A stretch of 64,000 nt of DNA from an uncultured Acidobacteriota bacterium (GTDB lineage Bacteria; Acidobacteriota; Terriglobia; UBA7540), in assembly GCA_963804995.1 (NCBI GenBank), contig CAWDSK010000002.1, positions 416,001-480,000 of the forward strand, read 5' to 3'. Both the position numbers and the translations under genes were made by a program. Each line of letters begins with the position of its first letter. Positions within the stretch are counted from its first letter, which is position 1. Shown here piece by piece: positions 42,113-52,280 of this stretch. The notes under the pieces are model-generated. The model made no database searches, was not told the origin of the DNA, and saw only the letters and a program-made list of their open reading frames with translations.

Positions 42113-43015
42113 ATGTCACTTCGCCCCATTAAACGCGTCGTTAAAGCCAAACCCACTCTCGAAGGCGCAGGCGTGCATCTGCGTCGCGCCTTCGGCTTCG
42201 GCAATACATCCGACTTCGACCCCTTCCTCCTTCTTGACGACTTTCGCAATGACATTCCAGATGATTATCTGGCGGGCTTCCCGTGGCATCCCCATCGCGG
42301 GATTGAAACCATCACCTACGTCCTGGCCGGGACCGTGGAGCATGGCGACAGTATGGGGAACCAGGGCGCCATCGCTGCCGGCGACGTGCAATGGATGACG
42401 GCGGGCAGCGGCATCATCCACCAGGAGATGCCCAAGGGCGACGCGGCGGGCCGGATGCATGGATTTCAGTTGTGGGCGAACTTGCCGTCCGCGCTCAAGA
42501 TGACCGATCCGCGTTACCAGGAGGTGAAAGCGGTCGATATCCCTGAGGTCAAGGATGACAACGGGACGCGGGTGCGCATCGTGTGCGGAAAGTTTTGGGG
42601 AAAAACCGGCCCAGTGGACGGCATCGCGGCTGATCCGATCTACCTTGACGTGTCGGTTCCGCCGGGCAAGAGGAAGACCCTCCCTATCGAGACCACTCGC
42701 CACGCCTTCGCCTACGTTTTCTCCGGGGCGGGTAAGTTCTGCAACGCGTCGGGTCCCTTGGCGGTGCCGACCGAAGCGGTGGGCTGGGCTGATACGGCAC
42801 CTCCCGCCGAAGCTGACAATCGCTCGTTGATCCTCTTTGACCGCGGCGATGAACTGATGGTCCAGGCCGGGGACGACGGCATCCGGTTCCTGCTGGTCTC
42901 GGGCAAGCCGCTGGAGGAGCCTGTGGCGTGGTACGGTCCGATCGTGATGAATACGCAGGAGCAGCTCCGGCAGGCCTTCCAGGAACTCCAGGAAGGTACG
43001 TTCCTTAAGCGGTGA
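42113..43015 (+). CDS. Pirin-family protein
   Basis: DPFLLLD, HPHRGIETITY, QWMTAGSGIIHQE and GPIVMNT. Confidence 0.95.
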   Translation: MSLRPIKRVVKAKPTLEGAGVHLRRAFGFGNTSDFDPFLLLDDFRNDIPDDYLAGFPWHPHRGIETITYVLAGTVEHGDSMGNQGAIAAGDVQWMTAGSGIIHQEMPKGDAAGRMHGFQLWANLPSALKMTDPRYQEVKAVDIPEVKDDNGTRVRIVCGKFWGKTGPVDGIAADPIYLDVSVPPGKRKTLPIETTRHAFAYVFSGAGKFCNASGPLAVPTEAVGWADTAPPAEADNRSLILFDRGDELMVQAGDDGIRFLLVSGKPLEEPVAWYGPIVMNTQEQLRQAFQELQEGTFLKR

Positions 43016-43028
43016 ACTGGATGCTTTT

Positions 43029-43120
43029 TGTAGAGGCCGGCTTCAAGGCGGCAAATGGCTTTCAACAGACCATGCCCGCCTGACCTGTCCCGATGTTCTG
43101 GATCGGGAAGGCGGCCTCAC
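43029..43120. repeat. GTAG REP-like element carrying an acctgtcccgat..atcggga insert
   Basis: tgtagaggccggc...ccgcctgacctgtcccgatgttctggatcgggaaggcggcctc. Confidence 0.6.
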
Positions 43121-43165
43121 TATTAGTTGAACGCGTACTTCTTCCAACTACTTTCCCTGGCAACT

Positions 43166-44101
43166 ATGGACAAGCCATCGTTTGACCCCGGCTTCACGGA
43201 AAAATATCGCGGCGACTTGCGGCGCATCATCAACCCCAGCGGGCAATTCAATGTTCGCCGGCGCGGAACCACCTGGCGCGACATCCATCCTTATCTTTTC
43301 ATGATCAACGCCTCGTGGCCGGTTTTCTCGGCGCTGATTTTTGCCGGATACGTCATCGCCAACGTGACCTTTGCCTTGATCTACTTGAAGATTGGCGTCG
43401 AGCACCTCCAGGGCGCGGACACCAGCACGGTGCTCGGCCGCTTTATGAGCGCCTTCTTTTTTAGCGCGCAAACCTTTACGACGGTGGGGTACGGCCACCT
43501 CTCTCCGGACGGCGCTCTGGCCAACTTGGTCGCGTCGCTTCAGGCCCTTCTGGGATTGATGGCGTTGGCCATTGCCACGGGTCTGCTCTTTGGGCGATTC
43601 TCGCGGCCTGCGGCGCGCCTGGCCTTCAGCAAACAGATGGTGGTGGCGCCCTATCAGTCCGGAACCAGCCTGCAATTCCGCCTCGCCAACCGGCGCAGCA
43701 ACAATCTGATGGAAATTGAAGCACGCATCCTCCTGATGACCGTGGAACCCTCAAATGGCGGTCGGCAGCGCAAGTACAAGTCTCTCGCGCTCGAACGCTC
43801 CAACGTCCAGTTCCTGCCGCTCACCTGGACAGTGGTTCATCCCATCGACGAAGCCAGCCCGCTCTGGCGCCAAACGGCCGAAGACCTGGCCAGGCAGCAG
43901 GCCGAGTTTCTGATTCTGATTAAGGCCTTCGACGACACCTTTTTCCAGACGGTGCACGTTCGCCACTCCTACCGCCACGAGGAGATGGTCTGGGGAGCCC
44001 GCTTCGTCCCCGCTTTTGACGCCGACGAGCGAGGCGAAATGGTTCTCGACCTCAAGCGGCTCAGCGAAATCGCTCCCACCGAAAAAGCCCTTAAGGCGTG
44101 A
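43166..44101 (+). CDS. Inward-rectifier potassium channel (KirBac-like)
   Basis: FFFSAQTFTTVGYG filter, RFSRP and WTVVHPIDEASPL. Confidence 0.93.
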   Translation: MDKPSFDPGFTEKYRGDLRRIINPSGQFNVRRRGTTWRDIHPYLFMINASWPVFSALIFAGYVIANVTFALIYLKIGVEHLQGADTSTVLGRFMSAFFFSAQTFTTVGYGHLSPDGALANLVASLQALLGLMALAIATGLLFGRFSRPAARLAFSKQMVVAPYQSGTSLQFRLANRRSNNLMEIEARILLMTVEPSNGGRQRKYKSLALERSNVQFLPLTWTVVHPIDEASPLWRQTAEDLARQQAEFLILIKAFDDTFFQTVHVRHSYRHEEMVWGARFVPAFDADERGEMVLDLKRLSEIAPTEKALKA

Positions 44102-44196
44102 TTGGTGCGGCTGCTGTGGCAGTGCGCCTCCCCGGTCCCTGCAACATTCGTGCAGTTTGGATTGGCGTCTTTCTCAGATCATCTTTCGGGATTACA

Positions 44197-44305
44197 AACC
44201 ACCCCGTCGCCAGGGGCGCCACCCCTCCTAAACTTAGGAGGGGAGTTCCTCACAATGCTCCTCTCCTGATTCAGGAGGGGTGGCGCACCGAGCGCCAGGG
44301 TGATC
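44197..44305. repeat. Palindromic CCCCTCCT...AGGAGGGG doublet
   Basis: gccacccctcctaaacttaggaggggag...ctcctctcctgattcaggaggggtggc. Confidence 0.7.
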
Positions 44306-44425
44306 ACCCACTCAACCGAAATGACACCACTAGTTAGCCGCCGTTGCTTTGCGCTGCGGCTCATAGTAGAGTTGCAACTTCAGACAGGGCTCCTCATTCA
44401 CCATATCCCGGCAAGGAGTTTGGCC

Positions 44426-45445
44426 ATGGGCATACCCCATTCTTCCCTTCGGGCTATGATTGCCGGCGCGACGCTGCTCGTCTGTACCACCTTTACCGCT
44501 CCCTCGCCGGGTCTTGCCGACCAGAGCGTTACCCTCAAGGGTCAGATTACGACCAAGGATGGTCAGGCCATTACTTCTGGTCTGACGGTTTCCCTGGAGA
44601 CAACCGGAGGGGAGATGATGGGAAACCGTCCTGCGGATGCTTTCGGGAATTACACATTTGAGGGGATCCCCGCTGGCAGGTATCAGTTAACGGTTACGTC
44701 TGACAAATTCCAGATCTTCCAGCAATCCCTGGACCTCACCTTCCGCGATCAGACGTACTCGGTCAATGTCATCCTCACCCCCAACAACAAATCTGAGGTC
44801 AAGGTACCGCCGGCGCTGACGGATGATGCAGCGCCTAAAGCCGTCCGCAAGGAATTTGAAAAAGGGGAGCACGCCCTGGAGGCGAACAACCTGCCGGAGG
44901 CTCGCCGCTACCTGGAAAAAGCTGTGGCGGACTACCCGTGTTACGCGCGGGCCCAGGATGCTCTGGCGCAAGTCGATCTTCACGAGCGCAAATTGGATAC
45001 CGCCGAGGCCTGTTTCAAAAAGGCCATTCAATGCGACGGGAGCTTTCTGGATTCCTTTTCTGAACTCGCCCAGCTCTACATCGTCGAGAAGAAGTTTAAC
45101 GAGAGTGAGAGCACTCTGAATGAAGGCCTGCGGCTCTCGCCGAAGGCCTGGCTTTTCCGTTATCAGATGGGACTGGTTCATTACGGAATGCAAAAATATC
45201 CGGAGGCCGTCGAGGACTATCTCCAGGCGCGGTCCCTCCATGCTGAGGTGCCCGCGGAGTTTCATATCAAGCTCGGCAATGCTTACCTTAAGACCAGCGC
45301 CTATGACAAGGCTTTGGCGGAATTTGATACTTATCTGCGTATCGAGCCGAATGGGAAATTCGCCCCCGGTGCCCGTAAGATGTCCGACATGATGCACAAG
45401 GACGGCATAACCGCTGCCACCACGTCCCCCGCTCCCAAGCCTTAG
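44426..45445 (+). CDS. Secreted carboxypeptidase-regulatory-like domain plus TPR protein
   Basis: GNYTFEGIPAGRYQLTV followed by TPR helices. Start codon uncertain. Confidence 0.8.
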   Translation: MGIPHSSLRAMIAGATLLVCTTFTAPSPGLADQSVTLKGQITTKDGQAITSGLTVSLETTGGEMMGNRPADAFGNYTFEGIPAGRYQLTVTSDKFQIFQQSLDLTFRDQTYSVNVILTPNNKSEVKVPPALTDDAAPKAVRKEFEKGEHALEANNLPEARRYLEKAVADYPCYARAQDALAQVDLHERKLDTAEACFKKAIQCDGSFLDSFSELAQLYIVEKKFNESESTLNEGLRLSPKAWLFRYQMGLVHYGMQKYPEAVEDYLQARSLHAEVPAEFHIKLGNAYLKTSAYDKALAEFDTYLRIEPNGKFAPGARKMSDMMHKDGITAATTSPAPKP

Positions 45446-45452
45446 GAATATC

Positions 45453-45564
45453 CGGTAGTGGTGCAGTTTGATCTTGTAGCGGCGAGTTTACCTCGCCATC
45501 TGGCGGCGTCCCGATCAGATCGGGATGAATGCCGCCGCCTCTACATCAAACTGCACCAGTACCG
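45453..45564. repeat. REPIN-like element, copy 3 (inverted relative to 21447)
   Basis: cggtagtggtgcagtttgat...atcaaactgcaccagtaccg; the core is nearly the reverse complement of 21462-21535. Confidence 0.85.
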
Positions 45565-45678
45565 AACATCCCGGTGCTTAACGAAAAGCCGTGAAGTGTA
45601 TAATGCTGCGTCGAACCATGTGCGGATCTGCGCGGGTACAAAAACCAGCAAGGACCGCCAAACCAAAGGACAAAACTC

Positions 45679-47791
45679 ATGCCTAAGAAACCGACAACGA
45701 TAACCCTTCTGTTCATGTGCGCAGCTTTTCTCGGGCCCTTGTCTCTTCCGGCTCAAGGGCCCACCGAGGATCCGGTTTTGCAGTGGATGGACCAGATCGC
45801 GCAGCGGGAACTCGATCAACGGGATCTCGCCATTGGGAAGATTCACACTTTGGCTGAGGCGCAAAGCCGCCAAAAATGGGTGCGTGAAAAACTCCTCGAA
45901 GTTGATTGGCGGTCTGCCGGACTACAAGGGGCCGCTGAATGCCAAAATCACCGGGCACATCCAGGCGGAGGGCTACGTCATCGAGAAAGTGATTTTTGAG
46001 AGCCTGCCGGGCATCTTCGTCACGGGAAATGTTTACCGGCCCAATCAACCCGGCCATTATCCGGCAGTGCTGTTCCAGGCCGGGCACACGCAGGAGGGAA
46101 AGGCTGAGCCGCAATTCGCCGCTGCCAATCTGGCTCTCAAGGGTTTCGTGGTGCTGTGCTTTGATCCCATCGGGCAGGGTGAAAGATTGCAATCCTACGA
46201 CCGCCAACTGGGCCGGTCGGCGTCGGATTACGGCGGGTCCGGCAACGACCACGTGCAGGTGAGCGCCCAGGCCGTGCTCATCGGCCAGGGTGGGGCGCGC
46301 TACTTCATTTGGGATTCCATCCGCGCCCTCAACTATCTGGTGGGCCGGCCGGATGTGGACGCGAACCGCGTGGGAGCCCTGGGATGCTCGGGCGGCGGGT
46401 CATCGACAACCTTCATCGCCGCCCTGGACCGCCGAATCAAAGCGGCCGCGCCCGCCTGCTTTACCAATTCCTATCGCCTGTTGTTTGCAGGCCCTGACCC
46501 TGATCCGGAGATGGAGTTCCCCAGATTCCTCTCCAGTGGTTTGGATCATGCCGATTTCGCGGAGTTGGCCGCCCCCACGCCCTGGCTCATCATGGCGACC
46601 GAGCATGACTATTACTTGCCCGAAGGCGCGAAGCTTGTCTATGACGAAGCTCGAAAATGGTACAAGTTGTTCGGCGCCGAGGACAACGTGCGCTTTTTCG
46701 TGGGCTCGGGGCAACACGGCACTCCTCCGGAATCTCGCGAGGCCATGTATGAATGGATGATCCGCTGGCTTAAAGACGGCAAAGGCGATTTTCTCGAGCA
46801 CCATGTTAAGCAGTACAACAACCACGAACTTCAGGTAACCCGCACCGGCCAGGTTGAGGATGAACCGAACAGCCGGAAAGTGTATCAAGCGATCCTCGAT
46901 GAGTATCATGCCAGGAAGCGGCCCGGATCCCTCGATGAACTCCAGGCCGAATTGCGCCGACTGCAAATCCCCTCGGATGGCTCCGCACCTCCCACCAAAG
47001 TCCTGGACGTGAAGAATTCCTTCGAGGGGCAAGTCGAGAGCATTCAGTACGAAAGTGAACCCGGAATCGAAATCAAGGGCAAGCTCTACATCCCCAACCT
47101 CCCAGAGGGACGGAAGCCTGCGGTGCTTCTGGTAGCGGATCGGACGGGCAACCGGTGGATCATGTCCAGCACCCAGTTCGCGGAGAAGCTGGAGAAGTCC
47201 GGATACGTGGTGCTGGAGATGGACCCGCGCGACTCACCCTTTCCCCTGGAGCCTTACAGCTCTGCGACCTCCGCCGCGGCCGCGGCAGCCCGGGCCCAAC
47301 AGTCATTCGTCGGCAATTGGCTGGCTGACACGCGGGCGGATCTGATTGGGCGCAACCTGCCCGCCCTGCGGGCGCACGATATCGTGAGAGGGGTTGATGT
47401 GCTCGCCGCGCGCAGTGACGTTGACCCGGCCTCGATTCGCGCCACGGCCCGCGGTATACCGGGATTCTGGCTGTTGTTGGCTGCCGCGGCGGACCCGCGC
47501 ATCGTCAAGCTCTGGTTGGATCATACTCCTTACAATCTGCGGTCAGCGCTTGAGAACTCCATAAACATTCACTTGTATGATGTGGCCATCAGCGGCTTTG
47601 CGCTGCATTGGGACGTGGAGGACCTGATGAAGGCCATGGGGAACCACTCGGTCGTCTGGAGTGACGCGACGAATTGGAATGGCCAGATTGCTTATATCGG
47701 CCCGCCCGACCACTACCGGTGGGTCCTCGGCGATAACAACGATATCCGCGATGAGATGGACCAGCCGTATATCGATGAGTTTCTCAAGTGA
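45679..47791 (+). CDS. Secreted alpha/beta hydrolase (acetylxylan esterase-like, two domains); +1 frameshift near 45900
   Basis: The signal-peptide frame (MPKK...VREKLLE) joins LIGGLP...FDPIGQGER...GCSGGG. Confidence 0.85.
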
Positions 47792-47872
47792 TGCGGGCTC
47801 GCGCCGGTCGCGGTGATTTCTCACCAGGCCGCGATCATCTCATCGAGCGTCTGAAAGGGATTGAATTCATAG

Positions 47873-47945
47873 CCCTCGCCCCTTTGGGGGAGAGGGTGGA
47901 CCGCCGCCGGCGTTTTCATCAGCCGGGGCGGGACGGGTGAGGGGG
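47873..47945 (+). repeat. CCCTC...GGGAGAGGG repeat, copy 1
   Basis: ggggagagggtggaccgccgccggcgttttcatcagccggggcgggacgggtgagggg, nearly identical to 48993-49050. Confidence 0.85.
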
Positions 47946-48123
47946 TCGTCCAGGGACCCCTTGAGAAACTTGGAACCTGCACGCCACTCCACTCCTGAAA
48001 ACACAGGGCTGGACACGCACCGGATAATTTCGCAGAATACTCCCGGGCCTCGTAGCCGTTGCCCTAGTGGTCTGGCATTTGGGATGGTGTAACTTGGGAA
48101 CTTCGCAGCCGCCGATAAGGGAA

Positions 48124-48840
48124 ATGGTTTCAGTCGCCGAGTACGTCGAGAGCAACTTTGTTCCGCTGTCGCACCTCGCGCATGAGTGGGAATACCACGC
48201 CGGACTTACCCTGAGCCCCGCGGAAGAGCGCACCATGGTACGTGAGCCGGCGCAGGCCGTGCCCGCCGCCATGGCCGAGCGTCTCGGCAAGGTGCGGGTG
48301 TTGGCGGTCCCTTACATCGCCTGCCTGGAATCCGGTGACATCATCACCCGGTTGAAGCCCAAAGGCGAGGCGCACACCGCCGCCTGGGTGGAAACCGAGG
48401 GCCGGATCAACGTCCTGCTCGCCTGCCGGGAGCTTGATGCGCATGACACGGGGTTCGAATTCCTGGGCAGCGTGGCGGAGTTGCTGCGGCCGCGCCTGAC
48501 CGGTTCGGAATTGGCCGCTTACAACCGCCTGCTGGAGGAAGAAATCCGCACCGGGGTGCGCGGCGAAATTGATGAGGATGCTTTGAACGCCAAACAGGCC
48601 TACCTGGCCAGCCGCACGGCGCGCCGGCATCGCCCCCAATTCGACCAGTACCGCGATATCTCTTTCGTAAGCACCGCCGCCGAGTATATTCACGGCTTGT
48701 GGCACGACGTGCAGATTCGAGTGGGCCCGGAGCACCTTCCCGTGGCCCAATTGCGGCGGCGCATGGACCTGCTGGCCGAACAGTTCCCCCCCAACCCCGG
48801 CTACCACGTGTTTGACGAGGCCATCGAAAAGACGGAGTAG
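48124..48840 (+). CDS. Hypothetical protein (238 aa)
   Basis: Long ORF with strong GC3 bias and an AAGGG RBS; no family recognised. Confidence 0.75.
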   Translation: MVSVAEYVESNFVPLSHLAHEWEYHAGLTLSPAEERTMVREPAQAVPAAMAERLGKVRVLAVPYIACLESGDIITRLKPKGEAHTAAWVETEGRINVLLACRELDAHDTGFEFLGSVAELLRPRLTGSELAAYNRLLEEEIRTGVRGEIDEDALNAKQAYLASRTARRHRPQFDQYRDISFVSTAAEYIHGLWHDVQIRVGPEHLPVAQLRRRMDLLAEQFPPNPGYHVFDEAIEKTE

Positions 48841-48913
48841 TCACCGCGTAGCGCTGACCTTATGGTTTTTTTTATAAGTTGTAAATTGTTCTGACGGCCC
48901 GTCCGTGGAGGTA

Positions 48914-49050
48914 ACCCCTCATCCGTCCTCCTACGTCGGCCACCTTCTCCCCTGGGAGAAGGCAGGGACTTACGGTCCCTAGCCCTCTCCGAGGGGAGAG
49001 GGTGGACCGCAGCCGGCGTCTTCATCAGCCGGGGCGGGACGGGTGAGGGG
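48914..49050 (+). repeat. CCCTC...GGGAGAGGG repeat doublet, copy 2
   Basis: ccttctcccctgggagaagg followed by ccctctccgaggggagagggtggaccgc...gggtgagggg. Confidence 0.8.
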
Positions 49051-49156
49051 TCACGTGGGCGTTTGAGAATTCTACAAGTTAAAAATTCAAAAACCTTCAG
49101 GTCAGCACAAATTCGAACCACCCCGCACCGTAAAAAGCTACAAAGAATAGCGGCCA

Positions 49157-49229
49157 TCACCGCAGAGGCGCGGAGACGCAGAAAGCGCCCGTTGGTCTTT
49201 AACTCTGCGTCTCCGCGCCTCTGCGGTGA
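49157..49229. repeat. TCACCGCAGAG inverted-repeat doublet (same family as 20245-20320; half copies near 54530 and 63128)
   Basis: tcaccgcagaggcgcggagacgcaga...tctgcgtctccgcgcctctgcggtga. Confidence 0.85.
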
Positions 49230-49230
49230 G

Positions 49231-49320
49231 GAGCCGGTAGCGCAAAGGTAGGCGCAGTTTGCTTTCCTTTGCGCCTCGTAGAATCGGAAATTCAACGTCT
49301 TCAATGCCGGGCAATGAGAA
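49231..49320 (+). repeat. 90-bp block A, copy 1
   Basis: Close match to 54707-54796. Confidence 0.85.
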
Positions 49321-49326
49321 AACGCT

Positions 49327-49542
49327 TCAGGCTACCTCAACCGCGTCATGATGAAGAACCATTAGTTGGTCAGAGCGTAAGGCGAGCGTGGCGTAGGTGT
49401 GTCCTTCATTGTCGCAGAATTCGACCTCGAATACGCCGGGCGCCAGCGGTTCCACCACGGTTCCCACTTGGCCACGCCGCAAGCCGCGCTCCAGCTTGTC
49501 TTCCAAAAGTGCGACCACGGCAAAGGGCTTTACATTTTCCAT
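49327..49542 (-). CDS. DUF4926-family protein (putative antitoxin/immunity)
   Basis: VVALLED...GLRRGQVGTVVE...FEVEFCDNEGHTYA. Confidence 0.85.
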   Translation of the reverse strand: MENVKPFAVVALLEDKLERGLRRGQVGTVVEPLAPGVFEVEFCDNEGHTYATLALRSDQLMVLHHDAVEVA

Positions 49543-49553
49543 GTTGGTCTCAC

Positions 49554-49619
49554 TCACAATACATAGCAACTGGTCAGGCGGGGGAAATTCTCTCCGTGCA
49601 GGATGATCCAACTGCTCCT
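49554..49619 (-). pseudogene. 3' stub of a DUF6883-like toxin gene (usual DUF4926 partner)
   Basis: The minus strand reads RSSWIILHGENFPRLTSCYVL* directly upstream of DUF4926; the rest of the gene is absent. Confidence 0.6.
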
Positions 49620-49690
49620 TTCAACAAGAATTTTATCCCATTTGCGGTATTACGAAAATAAGAAGGCCCGATCGTTCGGCGCCAGCCCTA

Positions 49691-49752
49691 CGCACTTGTA
49701 CGGGTCCGCCGTTATAGAACCATGTGGCGCCCACTTGACGGGAAGGCGACTT
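49691..49752 (+). repeat. 62-bp block B, copy 1
   Basis: Aligns with 54923-54984. Confidence 0.75.
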
Positions 49753-49948
49753 TTCAGTCCGGATCCCCAGTAGCGGCGGAACCTCCTGCATGGCAGCAAC
49801 TTGCAGTGAGACGAGCGAATAGATTCTTCGGCGACCTTACGACAGTATTTCCCGAGTGCGCGACGAGAGTTGAGCGACATCGCTCTACCCTACGCGATCA
49901 ATTCCGCGAGTGCTGTACCAGCACAAACTTCCTCGAAGCAAACTTCGA

Positions 49949-50971
49949 TTAATGACGCCCGCCGCCGCGCGATCCGCCGCCCGCTGGCTGCTGTTTCTGC
50001 TGCATCTTCTGCGTCTGCTGCGTGTGGGTTTGCTGCAATTTCTGCGTCTGTTGCTGGTGTCGCTGCTCCACCTGCTGCGTTCTTTCGGGAGCAGCATGTT
50101 GTTTCGTCAATTGCTGATGCTCATTTTCCTGCTTCTGCTGGAGTTTCTGCCGATCCTGGGTCTGCCTTGCGACCAGCTTTTCCTGTTGCTGCTGGTATTT
50201 CTGGTCCACCCTCGCGTTCCCTGTCTTGGAAGCAGCGGCATGTTCGACGGGCGGCAGTTCCCTGGGATGGACGGAAAGGTTGGGGTGAGCGGTCGCAGCA
50301 ACTGCCGGCATGCCGTGGTTCGCAGAAAACTTTTGCTGGGGGTTACTGCGGGCAGCGTACGTATGTTGAGTCTGAGCGCCTACAGGCCTGGCATGTGTCT
50401 CATGAGCAGCAGCCTCTTCCCGGGCGCTGGCGCGCGCGTTGATTCCGCCGTTACCGCCGTTGAAGCTGACGCGGTTCCTCTCGCCCTCGTTCACCCTGGT
50501 GTTGTAAACGTTGTGGAAGTTACGGTCGTCCACGCGATTATACGCCGTGTTGTAGAAAAAATGCCCGTGGTCCCAGCGTCCGCCTTCATAACCATTACCG
50601 AAGTAACCGAAGCCATAGTTGATCCCACCATAGAAACCTACGGACGGGCCCCAGTAGCCTTCATTGAAAAAATATCCGCCGTCGCCCCAACCCCAATAGC
50701 CTGGAGTCCAGAGGTACCCGACATCCGGAGGCTCCACCCATGTGCCCGGTACCCAATAGTACTCGCTGCCGTCCCAATCCCAGTATCCCGGCGTCCAGAT
50801 ATAGCCGTCGCCCGGGCAGATCGGTTGCTCATACTCGGGCAGCGGCGGCGGAGCTATGCCGACCCTCACTCCCACGGAGATTTGCGCGGAAGAAGGTAGC
50901 GGTATCGCCAGGTACACTGCGAGTACGAAAAATAGCGGCAGAATCACACGAATCATCTTTGTCGTTCGCAT
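49949..50971 (-). CDS. Secreted YXWGXW-repeat protein with Gln-rich tail
   Basis: APPPLPEYEQP, WTPGYWDW, WTPGYWGW and GYWGP; CAGGAGG RBS. Confidence 0.88.
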   Translation of the reverse strand: MRTTKMIRVILPLFFVLAVYLAIPLPSSAQISVGVRVGIAPPPLPEYEQPICPGDGYIWTPGYWDWDGSEYYWVPGTWVEPPDVGYLWTPGYWGWGDGGYFFNEGYWGPSVGFYGGINYGFGYFGNGYEGGRWDHGHFFYNTAYNRVDDRNFHNVYNTRVNEGERNRVSFNGGNGGINARASAREEAAAHETHARPVGAQTQHTYAARSNPQQKFSANHGMPAVAATAHPNLSVHPRELPPVEHAAASKTGNARVDQKYQQQQEKLVARQTQDRQKLQQKQENEHQQLTKQHAAPERTQQVEQRHQQQTQKLQQTHTQQTQKMQQKQQPAGGGSRGGGRH

Positions 50972-51279
50972 TTTGGTTCACCTCCTGAGGTTTTAATTCC
51001 CGCGCCATTCATGCGCGCGGATGCAGGGACTGCACGCCGGACATGCAAATCCCAGGTGTTCAGATCGTTGAGCATCCAGTCAGCCAGGAACTCCATTTTG
51101 ATTCCAAGGCAACTGAAGATCACGGAGAATCAGAATCTGCGACTAGGGTAATTGAGTCGAGAATAAGGTGTCTGTATAAAAGGGAACACCGCTACTCGTG
51201 TGCGCATCAGGCCGGAATTCGCGATTGGGGCCTGTGGCTCGCAGGAGGGGAGACTCATACCGACGGTGGTTACAGTATG

Positions 51280-51378
51280 CTATTCGCTCAGGATCACGCT
51301 CAAGAGGCCATTGTTAACCGTCAACCCGCCGTTGCCCGCGTAATCGATAAAGCCCAGCAACCGGAATTTGTTCATGAG
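51280..51378 (-). pseudogene. 3' stub of a Crp/Fnr-family regulator
   Basis: The minus strand reads LMNKFRLLGFIDYAGNGGLTVNNGLLSVILSE*, like a Crp HTH C-terminus; it is cut off next to the RAYT left REP. Confidence 0.6.
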
Positions 51379-51411
51379 CAGACGCACCATCAGCGCCTTC
51401 TCGATTCGGCA

Positions 51412-52070
51412 GGCTGGCGCAGAGCGAGCTCAGCTCTGCGATTCACCTCTCCGCCCATACCCGCCGATATAGATAATATGCCGATCTATGGACGCCATTT
51501 CGAGCCTGGCCAGTTGCAGTTCATCACCACCAGCACTTACCGCCGCAGCCGGCTCTTTACCTGTCAGCGCTTCTGCTGGACCTTCGTCGAGACTCTACGC
51601 CAACTCCGCCAGGAAACCAAATTCCTCCTGATCGGCTGGGTGTTAATGCCCGAGCACTTTCACCTGCTCATTAAACCCCAACCCGCCGAGCAAATCGTCC
51701 ACTTCATGCAGGAGCTGAAGAAGCGATCCGCGCAACAGATTATCGCCGCTCTTGCCAGGAATCAACACCAGCTCACCTGCCGCACCACGCTGGCCCGGTT
51801 GCAACTGCCCCCCACCGTCCACAGCGATTCGCACTATCGACTCTGGCAGAGGCGCTATGTCCCGTTTAACGTTTTCACGGAGAAAAAGCGCTTGGAGAAG
51901 CTCAACTACATGCATGGCAATCCGGTAAAGAGAAGGCTGGTGAGCTCTCCCGATCAATGGCCCTGGTCAAGCTTTCGATTCTATTATCTGAATGATTCGT
52001 CCGTCTTGAGCATGGACCGGATTACTTGATTCGCTCTAAATCGCAGGGCTGCGCTCGCCCTGCGCCAGCC
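51412..52070 (+). mobile_element. RAYT unit: transposase flanked by inverted palindromic REPs
   Basis: ggctggcgcagagcgagctcagctctgcgatt (51412-51443) versus the reverse complement of 52039-52070, 29/32 identical. Confidence 0.8.
51478..52029 (+). CDS. REP-associated tyrosine transposase (RAYT, Y1 HUH)
   Basis: FITTST, VLMPEHFHLL (HUH), LWQRRY, YMHGNPV and WPWSS. The likely start is ATG 51478. Confidence 0.92.
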   Translation: MPIYGRHFEPGQLQFITTSTYRRSRLFTCQRFCWTFVETLRQLRQETKFLLIGWVLMPEHFHLLIKPQPAEQIVHFMQELKKRSAQQIIAALARNQHQLTCRTTLARLQLPPTVHSDSHYRLWQRRYVPFNVFTEKKRLEKLNYMHGNPVKRRLVSSPDQWPWSSFRFYYLNDSSVLSMDRIT

Positions 52071-52280
52071 CGCCACGTGTTTACTGCATATGCTTTGATA
52101 AAACTCATCAACTCGGATGACTCCGAGCGGGTAGCCACGGTCACCGCTTTTGTGACCGTGCGTCCTTCCTTCGATGCCGAACGCCCCCTGGATTGTCTCC
52201 GTGACTGCGGCCAGTAGCGATGGTCACACTGGGTATGAGAAAAGCCCACGGTCAAGAAATCATTGACCGTGGCTACCACC

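Noticed and set aside
49910..50899. 329-aa Leu-rich plus-strand ORF
   Set aside because: It is the antisense shadow of the YXWGXW/Gln-rich gene.
51043..51477. 145-aa N-terminal extension of the RAYT
   Set aside because: It runs through a REP and an antisense Crp stub; the RAYT-like sequence begins at ATG 51478.
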